From contig NZ_JAIVAP010000003.1 in assembly GCF_020171945.1 (NCBI RefSeq), positions 119,412-143,411 on the forward strand: a DNA stretch of 24,000 nt, in the 5' to 3' direction. Below are positions 1 through 7,254 of this stretch, piece after piece. Source of the stretch: Bacillus infantis (GTDB lineage Bacteria; Bacillota; Bacilli; Bacillales; Cytobacillaceae). Numbering within the stretch: the stretch's first letter is position 1; the number at the start of each line of letters is the position of its first letter. The position numbers and the translations under genes were made by a program. The notes beneath the pieces are model-generated. The model saw nothing but the letters and a program-made list of their open reading frames with translations. It was not told where the DNA came from and made no database searches.

Positions 1-741
1 CTTGCAGAAGACTTCAACCATATGGCCGCAAAGCTCAGGTCCTCCAATGAAGAAATTGAAAGGCTTGAAAACCGGCGGAGAACATTCATTGCAGATGTTT
101 CCCACGAAATGCGGACGCCGCTTACGACAATCAGCGGCGTGGCAGAAGGCATGAAGAATAATTTAATACCTGATCAGGAAAAGCAAAAGGGCATGGATCT
201 GATTGACCGGGAAGCGAGAAGGCTTATCAGGCTGGTTAATGAAAATCTCGACTATGAGAAAATCCGCTCAAACCAGATCAAGCTGGACATTGGCAATATC
301 CAGGTCCTGGATCTGTTTGAAGTAGTAAAGGAGCAGCTTGAGTTCCAGGCCGAAGAAAAAGGGATAGAAATCGTGCTTGAGGCCGATGAAGAGCTATTTG
401 TAAAAGCAGATTATGACCGCATCATCCAAATCATCATCAACATTGTTAAGAACAGCATCCAATTTACCGATGGGGGAACTGTGTGGCTGAGAGGGCGGAA
501 AGGTAATGAAGAAACAGTCATTGAGATCCAAGACACTGGGATCGGCATCGACCCGGGAGAAATTGAATCGATCTGGCACCGCTTCTATAAAGCAGATCTG
601 TCAAGGACCAGCAGCACGTTCGGTGAATTCGGGATCGGCCTTTCCATCGTCAAACAGCTCGTACAGCTTCATAATGGGGAAATTGAGGTAGAAAGTGAAA
701 GAAACCAAGGGACGCTCTTTAGGATCAGATTTCCGGGATGA
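1..741 (+). CDS. Two-component sensor histidine kinase, C-terminal part (5' end outside window)
   Basis: The frame is open from base 1 (LAEDFNHMAAKL, end of a HAMP-like linker). H-box FIADVSHEMRTPLT; HATPase N/G boxes (NIVKNSIQFT, DTGIGID, GIGLSIVKQL). Stop at 739-741. Confidence 0.9.
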   Translation, partial: LAEDFNHMAAKLRSSNEEIERLENRRRTFIADVSHEMRTPLTTISGVAEGMKNNLIPDQEKQKGMDLIDREARRLIRLVNENLDYEKIRSNQIKLDIGNIQVLDLFEVVKEQLEFQAEEKGIEIVLEADEELFVKADYDRIIQIIINIVKNSIQFTDGGTVWLRGRKGNEETVIEIQDTGIGIDPGEIESIWHRFYKADLSRTSSTFGEFGIGLSIVKQLVQLHNGEIEVESERNQGTLFRIRFPG

Positions 742-802
742 AGGGTGTAACGCCGTTTCCGCGAAGGATGATAGGGGGCAAGACTTCTGATTCTGCTGCT
801 GG

Positions 803-1319
803 GTCATGCAACCGGGAGTGCCGCTGGGGTACAGGAACAGCCGAAGGGAGGCTAAGTCATGCATGCGAGAGTCAGTCTGGGATACATGGGCAGGCGAGAT
901 TAGGCACAGTCATGTATGGGAGAGCCTGTCCGGGATACATGGCCAGTTGAATAAAAGCCAAGTCATGTATACGGGAGCCCTTCTGGGATACATGACCAGT
1001 TGAAAAAAAAGGCCAGTCATGTATGTGAGAGCCCGGTTGGGATACATGACCAGAAGAAAAAAGCCCAAGTCATGTATGTGAGAGCCCTTCTGGGATACAT
1101 GACCAGTTGAAAAAAAGGCCAGTCATGTATGTGAGAGCCCGGTTGGGATACATGACCAGACGAAAAAAAGCCCAGTCATGTATGCGAAAGCCCGTCTGGG
1201 ATACATGACCAGATGAAAAAAAGTCCAGTCATGTATGCGAGAGCCCGTCTGGGATACATCGCCAGATGAAAAAAAGCCAAGTCATGCATCCAAGAAACCA
1301 GATGTGCTCACGTGACCAG
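803..1319. repeat. Tandem array of about 10 units of a 53-bp repeat, each unit a 9-bp-stem inverted repeat plus an A-tract
   Basis: GTCATG anchors at 803, 856, 909, 962, 1016, 1069, 1122, 1175, 1228 and 1281. Central units are near identical (GTCATGTATGYGAGAGCCCNNYTGGGATACATGACCAGNNGAAAAAAAGSCCA); edge units are degenerate. The period is not a multiple of 3. Confidence 0.9.
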
Positions 1320-1361
1320 CCTTTTCGCAGTAGTGACATAATACCCCAATAATCTCCAAAC

Positions 1362-1396
1362 AAAAAACCTTTCCCGCACTGGGAAAGGTTTTTCTC
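1362..1396. terminator. Bidirectional intrinsic terminator between the kinase/repeat region and the convergent CNNM gene
   Basis: AAAACCTTTCCC-gcact-GGGAAAGGTTTT, with an A-run on the 5' side and a T-run on the 3' side, immediately after the stop of the minus-strand gene at 1398. Confidence 0.8.
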
Positions 1397-1397
1397 T

Positions 1398-2762
1398 CTA
1401 AGAAAGGACCTCCGACTTAGCCAGCATAATCTGCTGCTCATTCTGCTGTTCGACCGGGACTGCCTTTTCCTGGAGTTTCTTTACTTCAATATACTTGATA
1501 TGATGATCCTCCATTTCTAGGATGGTAAAGTCATAGGAATCAAAATGAATCGTATCGCCCTGCTTCGCTTCATAGTTCTCTGTCAGGATCCATCCGCCCA
1601 TTGTATCCACATCTTCATCATTGATCTCAAGGCCGAGGAGGTCATTCACTTCACTCACAAGAACTTTGGAATCAAATATGAAATGCCCTTCATCCATTTT
1701 CCGGACCATTGGGACCTCATCATTGTCAAATTCGTCGCGGATATCACCGACGATTTCTTCTATTATGTCTTCGACTGTCACAAGGCCTGAAGTCCCCCCG
1801 TATTCATCCATCAGTATGGCCATATGGATCCGGTCTTTTTGCATTTTCACCAGCAGGTCATGGATCGGAATCGTATCAATGACCCGGATGATCGGCCGGG
1901 TATACGCTTCAAGCGTCTTGGAGGTTATCTCCCGGTCCTTGATGAAGTCAGTAATGATTTCCTTTATGTTGACCATTCCGATAATATGGTCTTTATCTCC
2001 ATCGATAATCGGATACCTTGTGAACTTTTCGTCATGGACGAGCTGCAGGAAGGTTTCGAGCGTATCATCCTTGGCAAGCGAAACGATTTCTGTACGCGGG
2101 ACCATGATTTCCTTGGCAATCCTGTTATCAAACTCGAATATCTTGTTTACATACTTAAACTCAGACTGGTTGATTTCACCACTTTTATAGCTTTCGGATA
2201 AAATGATGCGAAGCTCCTCTTCGGAATGTGCCAGGTCATGCTCGGAAGCCGGCTTTAACCCAAAGAAGCCAGTGATTAAGCGTGCAGAGCCATTCAGCGC
2301 CCAGATGAAAGGGTACATGATTTTATAGAAACCGATCAGCGGACGGGAAAATGCAAGCGTAATCCATTCAGCTTTTTGAATAGCGAGAGTCTTTGGCGCA
2401 AGTTCTCCGATCACAACGTGGAGGAACGTGATAAGGCCAAAAGCGATAGAAAAAGAAAGTATATGTGATACAGATTCCGGGATGCTGAGGTTTGTCAGCA
2501 CCGGCCTTAAAATATGCTCGACTGTTGGTTCTCCGAGCCACCCTATTCCCAGCGCGGTCACGGTAATGCCAAGCTGGCAGGCGGACAGGTAGCCATCCAG
2601 GTTCGTAATCACTTTCTTTGCAGCAAGTGCAGAGCTGCTGCCTTCTTCTATAAGCTGGTCAATCCTTGAGCTTCTCACCCTGATGATTGCAAATTCCGAA
2701 GCGACAAAAAATGCCGTAAAAGCAATTAAAATGGCTATAATAACCAAGTTTAATATGTCCAA
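1398..2762 (-). CDS. CNNM/HlyC-CorC family membrane protein (DUF21 TM region, CBS pair, CorC_HlyC C-terminal domain), putative divalent-cation (Mg2+) efflux protein
   Basis: 454-aa ORF with TTG start. Hydrophobic N-terminus (LVIIAILIAFTAFFVASEFA, LSACQLGITVTALGIGWLGEP), a central CBS-like region and a C-terminal CorC-like region. From memory it resembles the B. subtilis YhdP(MpfA)/YhdT/YugS paralog group. Confidence 0.9.
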   Translation of the reverse strand: MDILNLVIIAILIAFTAFFVASEFAIIRVRSSRIDQLIEEGSSSALAAKKVITNLDGYLSACQLGITVTALGIGWLGEPTVEHILRPVLTNLSIPESVSHILSFSIAFGLITFLHVVIGELAPKTLAIQKAEWITLAFSRPLIGFYKIMYPFIWALNGSARLITGFFGLKPASEHDLAHSEEELRIILSESYKSGEINQSEFKYVNKIFEFDNRIAKEIMVPRTEIVSLAKDDTLETFLQLVHDEKFTRYPIIDGDKDHIIGMVNIKEIITDFIKDREITSKTLEAYTRPIIRVIDTIPIHDLLVKMQKDRIHMAILMDEYGGTSGLVTVEDIIEEIVGDIRDEFDNDEVPMVRKMDEGHFIFDSKVLVSEVNDLLGLEINDEDVDTMGGWILTENYEAKQGDTIHFDSYDFTILEMEDHHIKYIEVKKLQEKAVPVEQQNEQQIMLAKSEVLS

Positions 2763-2822
2763 TAAGTTTCCTTATCCCGCGTGAGCGAGTAAGGAGTCAC
2801 CTCCTGATAATACAAAAATATT

Positions 2823-3241
2823 TTAGCTTGTTAAGGTTTTAAGAGACTGGATCAAAGCCAACCCTTCTGTACTCAGCTTTTTGGAGATGTTGTTTTTTTC
2901 TTCCCCGTCCAGCTTTTGAATAAGCGGAAGGAGGGATGAAATCTCTGTATGAAGGTGCCTTATCTGCTGTGTAACATCAAGAATTTGCTTTTCGACGATC
3001 CCTGATGCCGCATTCCCATCTTTCTTCAATTCCAGCTTTCTCTTAATCTCTTCAAGCGGTATGTGCAGCTTTTTGCATTCTTCGATGAATGTAAGGTCGA
3101 GCAGCACATCTTCAGCATAAAGCCTGTAATTCGATTTTGATCTTTCAGCCTGTATAAGGCCCAATGCAGTATAATAGTCAATCGTTCTCTTTGATACATT
3201 TGCAATCGCTGCTAGTTCACCAATGCGATAGAATGCCCCAT
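2823..3241 (-). CDS. MerR-family transcriptional regulator, start region frame-disrupted (possible pseudogene or homopolymer sequencing error)
   Basis: The HTH FYRIGELAAIANVSKRTIDYYTALGLI is encoded at 3233-3153, in frame with the track ORF 2823..3164 and followed by a coiled-coil-like C-terminus. The only SD+ATG (GAGGTGAtaagATG, ATG at 3241-3239) is one nucleotide out of frame. Confidence 0.75.
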
Positions 3242-3330
3242 CTTATCACCTCGGTATCAGATTTTAATTCGTAATTATTGTTTGGTTGGCTCAAAAAAGC
3301 AAGATGCATATTTTCATAAAATTAACCATA

Positions 3331-3360
3331 ATTATACGGTAAATCAAACCGTACAGTCAA
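3331..3360 (-). promoter_or_regulatory. Candidate MerR-type promoter/operator for the MerR-CNNM gene pair
   Basis: The minus strand reads TTGACT (3360-3355), an 18-nt spacer, then TATAAT (3336-3331). The dyad TACGGT-N7-ACCGTA (3335-3353) is centred in the spacer, about 85 nt upstream of the ATG at 3241. Confidence 0.4.
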
Positions 3361-3635
3361 ACGTTGCGGTTGGAATGGAGTGAGTACTCTTATTTTATGA
3401 GAATATATGCAGCTTATGAACAATTATGAATCAATTTATCGGAAAATACAAAAAATTACACCGGGAATTCCGGGGATTTTTTTGTGTTCAGGGGATCATT
3501 AGTGTTCCGTGCTGATTTTGGGCTCATCCAGCGCGGTTCCTAAAAAGGATGAAAGACCGCCCGGGTAGCCGCCTCTTTTCATGGAAATACCAATTACAGC
3601 GATAAAACCAGCTGGGGAAGCTTGTATTTATCATT

Positions 3636-3676
3636 GAAAAAACAGGCTGCGGAAACTTCCGGCAGCCTGTTTTCCA
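3636..3676 (-). terminator. Intrinsic terminator of the small minus-strand ORF
   Basis: 9-bp stem ACAGGCTGC/GCAGCCTGT (3642-3650 / 3662-3670), followed on the minus strand by TTTTTT, 5 nt after the TAA at 3683-3681. Confidence 0.8.
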
Positions 3677-3680
3677 CTAT

Positions 3681-3848
3681 TTATTTTTGCTGTCGCTGAA
3701 TGACTGGCTGCAGCTGGATCCTCAAATCTGCCAGCAGGTCGTTCAATGTCAGTTCAGCCTCGCTTTGGCCTTTATCAAAGGCGTGCTTAAGCACATCGGC
3801 AAAGCCGGGTAATTCTTCCTGTACGATCCCGGGATTTTTATCATTCAT
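3681..3848 (-). CDS. Small hypothetical protein (55 aa from ATG 3848; 58 aa if ATG 3857 is used)
   Basis: My own translation is M(NIM)NDKNPGIVQEELPGFADVLKHAFDKGQSEAELTLNDLLADLRIQLQPVIQRQQK*. There is an SD-like AGAAAAGGTG upstream and a strong terminator directly downstream. The ORF is below the 60-aa cutoff of the track. The antisense track ORF 3700..3933 looks like noise. Confidence 0.5.
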   Translation of the reverse strand: MNDKNPGIVQEELPGFADVLKHAFDKGQSEAELTLNDLLADLRIQLQPVIQRQQK

Positions 3849-4047
3849 TATATTCATGCACCTTTTCTATGGATTTCTCTTTTATTTCCCGCCTGCAGCA
3901 AAGGTTAAACTGCTGGTTCCTGCAGGAAATTAGACATCGTCCCATAGAAAGTATAAATTTATAGTATAGGAAGTGGCAGAAACCAGGATAGTAAGGAGCA
4001 GACTCTGACTATACTGGACAAGTTGTAAAATATAAAGGGGTAGACCA

Positions 4048-5085
4048 ATGAAATTAAATGAACTGCCGGACAGCAAACCTTCTATTAATGTGCATGGCCT
4101 TGATTTCCAGTGGGATTTCAATAATGGCCAGTTCATCTATGAAGGGGAAGATGCCGTATTATTTTGGATTAATTCAGCGATGAAGACATTCTTTGACACC
4201 ATTGAAGAAATTTCCGGTGAAGAAGCAGCCAGCGTAGTGCTCGAGACTACGGGATACCGGATGGGGCAGGTGGTCGGAGAGTATTTCGAAAAACTGAAAA
4301 CTGTTTCTGCTGAAGATGCAACAAAGCTTATCCCTAACACATACGCATCTGCTGGTTGGGGAAAAACCGTTGTAACAGAGCTTAATGAAGAGGCAAAAAC
4401 AGTTACGGTGCAAATGCAGGATACATGGGAGCATAAAATCAATCTTGCACAAAATAAAAAAACAGGCGGAACCTTCCTGCCTGCACATTATGCCGGAATT
4501 TTTACAGGGCTGTTTGGAGAAAATATCTGGTATGAAGTGGCAGCCAGCCAGATAGAAGGTCATGAGTATACAGAAGTCAGATATTTTCCTTCCAGTGTGA
4601 CGATTTCACATAATATCCATGAGCTATCAAGAAGGAAAGAGTCCGAGCAAATCCGGAGCCTTGAGGCTCTGGTGGAAGAACAGACCATGGAGCTGCACGA
4701 CCTGGTCAGGCAGCTTTCTTCTCCAATCATTCCTGTTTTGGAAGGCATCGTCGTTGTGCCGCTGATAGGAAAATATGATGAGAGCCGTTCAGAAGATCTG
4801 CTGACCAAGACCTTGAACAATCTTCCTAAGCATCAGGCTAAATATCTTGTCCTCGATCTAACCGGACTTGATAAAGATATCGGCAATTTCACGGGTGACT
4901 TCATCCATAAGCTTGGTTCTGCTGCATCACTCATCGGCATAGACACCATCCTTGTCGGCATATCCGCTGAACTGGGAGTGGCCATCACTCAGTCCGGCAT
5001 CAAGCTTTCAAAATATGATTGCTTCCAGACCCTTCAGCACGGCATCTATTTTGCGCTGTCCCAGATTGGGCGGAGGATTATTTAA
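4048..5085 (+). CDS. STAS-domain sensor protein (RsbR-like C-terminus with a different, unassigned N-terminal domain)
   Basis: The C-terminal 120 aa (SSPIIPVLEGIVVVPLIGKYDESRSEDLLTKTLNNLPKHQAKYLVLDLTGL...ILVGISAELGVAITQSG) match the STAS pattern of RsbR-type proteins. They are preceded by a coiled-coil linker. SD AAAGGGG lies 7 nt before the ATG. Confidence 0.8.
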   Translation: MKLNELPDSKPSINVHGLDFQWDFNNGQFIYEGEDAVLFWINSAMKTFFDTIEEISGEEAASVVLETTGYRMGQVVGEYFEKLKTVSAEDATKLIPNTYASAGWGKTVVTELNEEAKTVTVQMQDTWEHKINLAQNKKTGGTFLPAHYAGIFTGLFGENIWYEVAASQIEGHEYTEVRYFPSSVTISHNIHELSRRKESEQIRSLEALVEEQTMELHDLVRQLSSPIIPVLEGIVVVPLIGKYDESRSEDLLTKTLNNLPKHQAKYLVLDLTGLDKDIGNFTGDFIHKLGSAASLIGIDTILVGISAELGVAITQSGIKLSKYDCFQTLQHGIYFALSQIGRRII

Positions 5086-5120
5086 AAACAAAAAGCCAGC
5101 GCTGCTGGCTTTTTGTTTTT
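5086..5120. terminator. Bidirectional intrinsic terminator between convergent genes
   Basis: AAAAAGCCAGC-gct-GCTGGCTTTTT, flanked by A-rich and T-rich runs, between the stops at 5085 and 5129. Confidence 0.85.
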
Positions 5121-5128
5121 GGGCCGAT

Positions 5129-5671
5129 TCAATATTTCCATTCCTCCGCAAGCAGCCCGTAGACCACCAGATCATGGTAATGGTCATTAAGAAACTCACC
5201 CTGCCTGATGATTCCCTCCTGTGTGAACCCCAGCCGCTCAGGGACAGCCCTGCTCTTATGGTTCATGATCCCGCACCTGATTTCAATCCGGTTCAAACGC
5301 AGGTCGTTAAAGCCGTAATTGACCATTGCCTGAACTGTCCTCGTCATGATTCCTTTTCCCTGAAAGCCTTCGGCCAGATAATAGCCTATGCTCATTTGCC
5401 TGCTTGCCCAGTCGATATGGTGTATGCCGGCGGCCCCTGCCAGTGTCCCCTTATACCTTATGCCGGTGTTGAATCCATTGTTTTCGGCAAATTGCTTCAG
5501 CCACATAGGGATGATGCTGTGATATTGCAAGGGGGAGGTCATGCTGTCAACCCAGGGAAGCCATTCCCTTAGATGCTTCCTGTTTCCGTCCACCAATGCA
5601 TAAAGCTCGTCGGCATGATGCAGCTGAAACAGCTGAAGCCGGATTTCATTATCTACTTTTAGTGTAAACAA
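5129..5671 (-). CDS. GNAT family N-acetyltransferase, RimJ/RimL-like
   Basis: 180 aa. Motif A region QGKGIMTRTVQAMVNYGF, and NRIEIRCGIMNHKSRAVPERLGFTQEGIIRQ typical of ribosomal-protein-acetyltransferase-like GNATs. TTG start with SD AGGGGG. Confidence 0.9.
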   Translation of the reverse strand: MFTLKVDNEIRLQLFQLHHADELYALVDGNRKHLREWLPWVDSMTSPLQYHSIIPMWLKQFAENNGFNTGIRYKGTLAGAAGIHHIDWASRQMSIGYYLAEGFQGKGIMTRTVQAMVNYGFNDLRLNRIEIRCGIMNHKSRAVPERLGFTQEGIIRQGEFLNDHYHDLVVYGLLAEEWKY

Positions 5672-5783
5672 ATCTTCGCCCCCTATTTCTATAGATTTGA
5701 ATTATCTGGAGGTATCTAACAATCCAATCATACACAGGGAAGCGGAGCAGCGTAAATATTAACGATCAGCAGCCATTCTTTAT

Positions 5784-6932
5784 TTATTCGCAGCTGGATC
5801 CTGCTTTTTCGCCGGTATGCAGGGGCAGAGTTATGCTGAAAATGGTTTTATCATAATCTGATTCACAGGAAAGGAAGCCTTTATGCTTTTCGATGATTTC
5901 ACGGCAGACAAACAGTCCCAGTCCGGTTCCCAGTTTTTTGGTGGTAACAAAAGGTTCAAAGATGGAACTTAGCAGATGCTCAGGTATTTGCGGCCCATTA
6001 TTTCTGATTTCGAGCCGTACAAAAGAGTCTGAAGTCATGAATGAGATTATTTCAATGATCGGATCCTCCCTATAGGGGTTCAAAACATCGATGGCATTAA
6101 AAATGATATTGATAAGCACCTGGCGGATTTCATCTTCATAGCCGCAAAGATGGGTGCTTTCATCGACTTCCTTCATAATGCGGACTTTGGCATCCAATAT
6201 GCTTGGATACAGGAAAATCAGCACCTCTTCAACCAGACTGTTCAGGTTAAAAGTAGTTTTTTCCTTTCCGATAAGCTCCTTCTTGGATAATAACAGGAAT
6301 TGCGAAATGCGGAAATTGAGCTGTTCGAGCTCATTGGAAATGATATCTAAATAATTCATGGGAGGGTTTTCAGCTTTAAGCAATTGAACAAAACCCTGGA
6401 TGGAAGTCAGCGGATTTCTGAATTCATGTATAAAGCTGGATGTCATTTGTCCCAGAAGGGTAAGGCGGTCTTTATGGGTTGAATTAATGAATTCCGTTTT
6501 TTCATCAATAATCTTATTCTTGGCATCTGTATAATGGCTGACAGCATAATAAAGAAATTTGTCAAAACACACATTGATCCTGTCGATCCAGTTCTGCAGA
6601 TCATCCCAGTGGACATCAACCCGGTTGAGATTTTTATAGATGATGGACCGGCCCATATTTACATTGTAGACAAATTCTCCGATGTTGATATTGGCTTTCA
6701 CCCGCTGAGAGGCAATTTTGATGGCGAGCTGCTGAAGATAGACATCCAGATCCTGTTCTGACTTGGACAAACTGGTCAAGATCAGGCTGAACATAGCCTC
6801 TCCGTTTTCTCTTATATAATCTTTGAAAGGATCTGTCTCTGTTAAGACAATCTCTTTATTCCATTGCTCCAGAAGTATATGCTTCTCTCTTTCAAGAAAA
6901 TCAAGCAGCTTTTGATTTGATAGTGATAACAT
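5784..6932 (-). CDS. Soluble orphan sensor histidine kinase with an RsbR-N-like (non-haem globin-like) sensor domain
   Basis: 382 aa with no TM segments. The N-terminus LLDFLEREKHILLEQWNKEI resembles RsbR N-terminal domains. H-box SSFIHEFRNPLTSIQGF (KinA-E-like), N box INIIFNAIDV, G boxes NNGPQIP and GTGLGLFVCREII. No response regulator is adjacent. Confidence 0.85.
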   Translation of the reverse strand: MLSLSNQKLLDFLEREKHILLEQWNKEIVLTETDPFKDYIRENGEAMFSLILTSLSKSEQDLDVYLQQLAIKIASQRVKANINIGEFVYNVNMGRSIIYKNLNRVDVHWDDLQNWIDRINVCFDKFLYYAVSHYTDAKNKIIDEKTEFINSTHKDRLTLLGQMTSSFIHEFRNPLTSIQGFVQLLKAENPPMNYLDIISNELEQLNFRISQFLLLSKKELIGKEKTTFNLNSLVEEVLIFLYPSILDAKVRIMKEVDESTHLCGYEDEIRQVLINIIFNAIDVLNPYREDPIIEIISFMTSDSFVRLEIRNNGPQIPEHLLSSIFEPFVTTKKLGTGLGLFVCREIIEKHKGFLSCESDYDKTIFSITLPLHTGEKAGSSCE

Positions 6933-7219
6933 TTTACCCTCCGCCTATCTTTTTGACTATTAACCTTGCTGTATAACATTCGCCTACAATAAGATAAATC
7001 CTCCGGAATTTTCTTGGGAATTTACAGAAATTTATCGAAAGATCGGGGATCGGGTCCTAAAGTGTAAAATTATGATCATTTATGTAAAATACTGGGTGTC
7101 AGGTGTCCTATAAAAAAGCTTCAGTTTAATTTGAATGGTAAAGGGCATAAAAAAGTACAGGCAATTATCAAATACATAAACATAAAAGTTATACCGGCTT
7201 TTATAATGTGTTAGAATTG

Positions 7220-7233
7220 GTGTAATATTACAC
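7220..7233. promoter_or_regulatory. Perfect 14-bp palindrome, candidate operator in front of the XRE regulator gene
   Basis: GTGTAATATTACAC lies 22 bp upstream of the likely start codon, next to TATAAT (7202-7207). Confidence 0.35.
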
Positions 7234-7254
7234 TGGAAAAGGGTGGCGCGAATA

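Noticed and set aside
803-1319. The 53-bp tandem array as a CRISPR array
   Set aside because: The whole 53-bp unit is conserved, so there are no unique spacers. The period is shorter than typical repeat+spacer units, and no cas genes or leader are nearby.
601-1441. Track ORFs 601..864(-), 738..950(+), 806..1003(+) and 1229..1441(-) as genes
   Set aside because: They run through the 53-bp repeats, whose period is not divisible by 3, or across the terminator. They have no SD and a repeat-driven composition.
1545-2201. Plus-strand ORFs 1545..1790, 1621..2190 and 1824..2201
   Set aside because: They are antisense to the well-supported CNNM/CBS gene. Their Ser/Ile-rich, junk-like composition is typical of shadow frames.
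3495-3580. 27-aa minus-strand ORF MKRGGYPGGLSSFLGTALDEPKISTEH
   Set aside because: It has no recognisable SD, is very short and has no supporting signal. It is not reported as a feature.
3902-3932. SigB-type promoter (AGGTTAAA-N15-GGAAAT) upstream of the STAS gene
   Set aside because: It has one mismatch in the -35 and two in the -10 relative to the GTTTAA / GGGTAT consensus, a spacer 1 nt longer than usual, and lies about 115 nt from the start codon. This is too weak to call without a TSS.
3700-3933. 77-aa plus-strand ORF
   Set aside because: It has no SD, an odd Cys/Ser/Phe-rich composition and no terminator. The opposite strand has a better-supported small ORF with an SD and a terminator.
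4137-5572. ORFs 4137..4442(-), 4174..4563(-), 4560..4820(-), 4952..5572(+) and 5008..5199(-)
   Set aside because: They are shadow frames antisense to or overlapping the STAS and GNAT genes. None has domain-like motifs.
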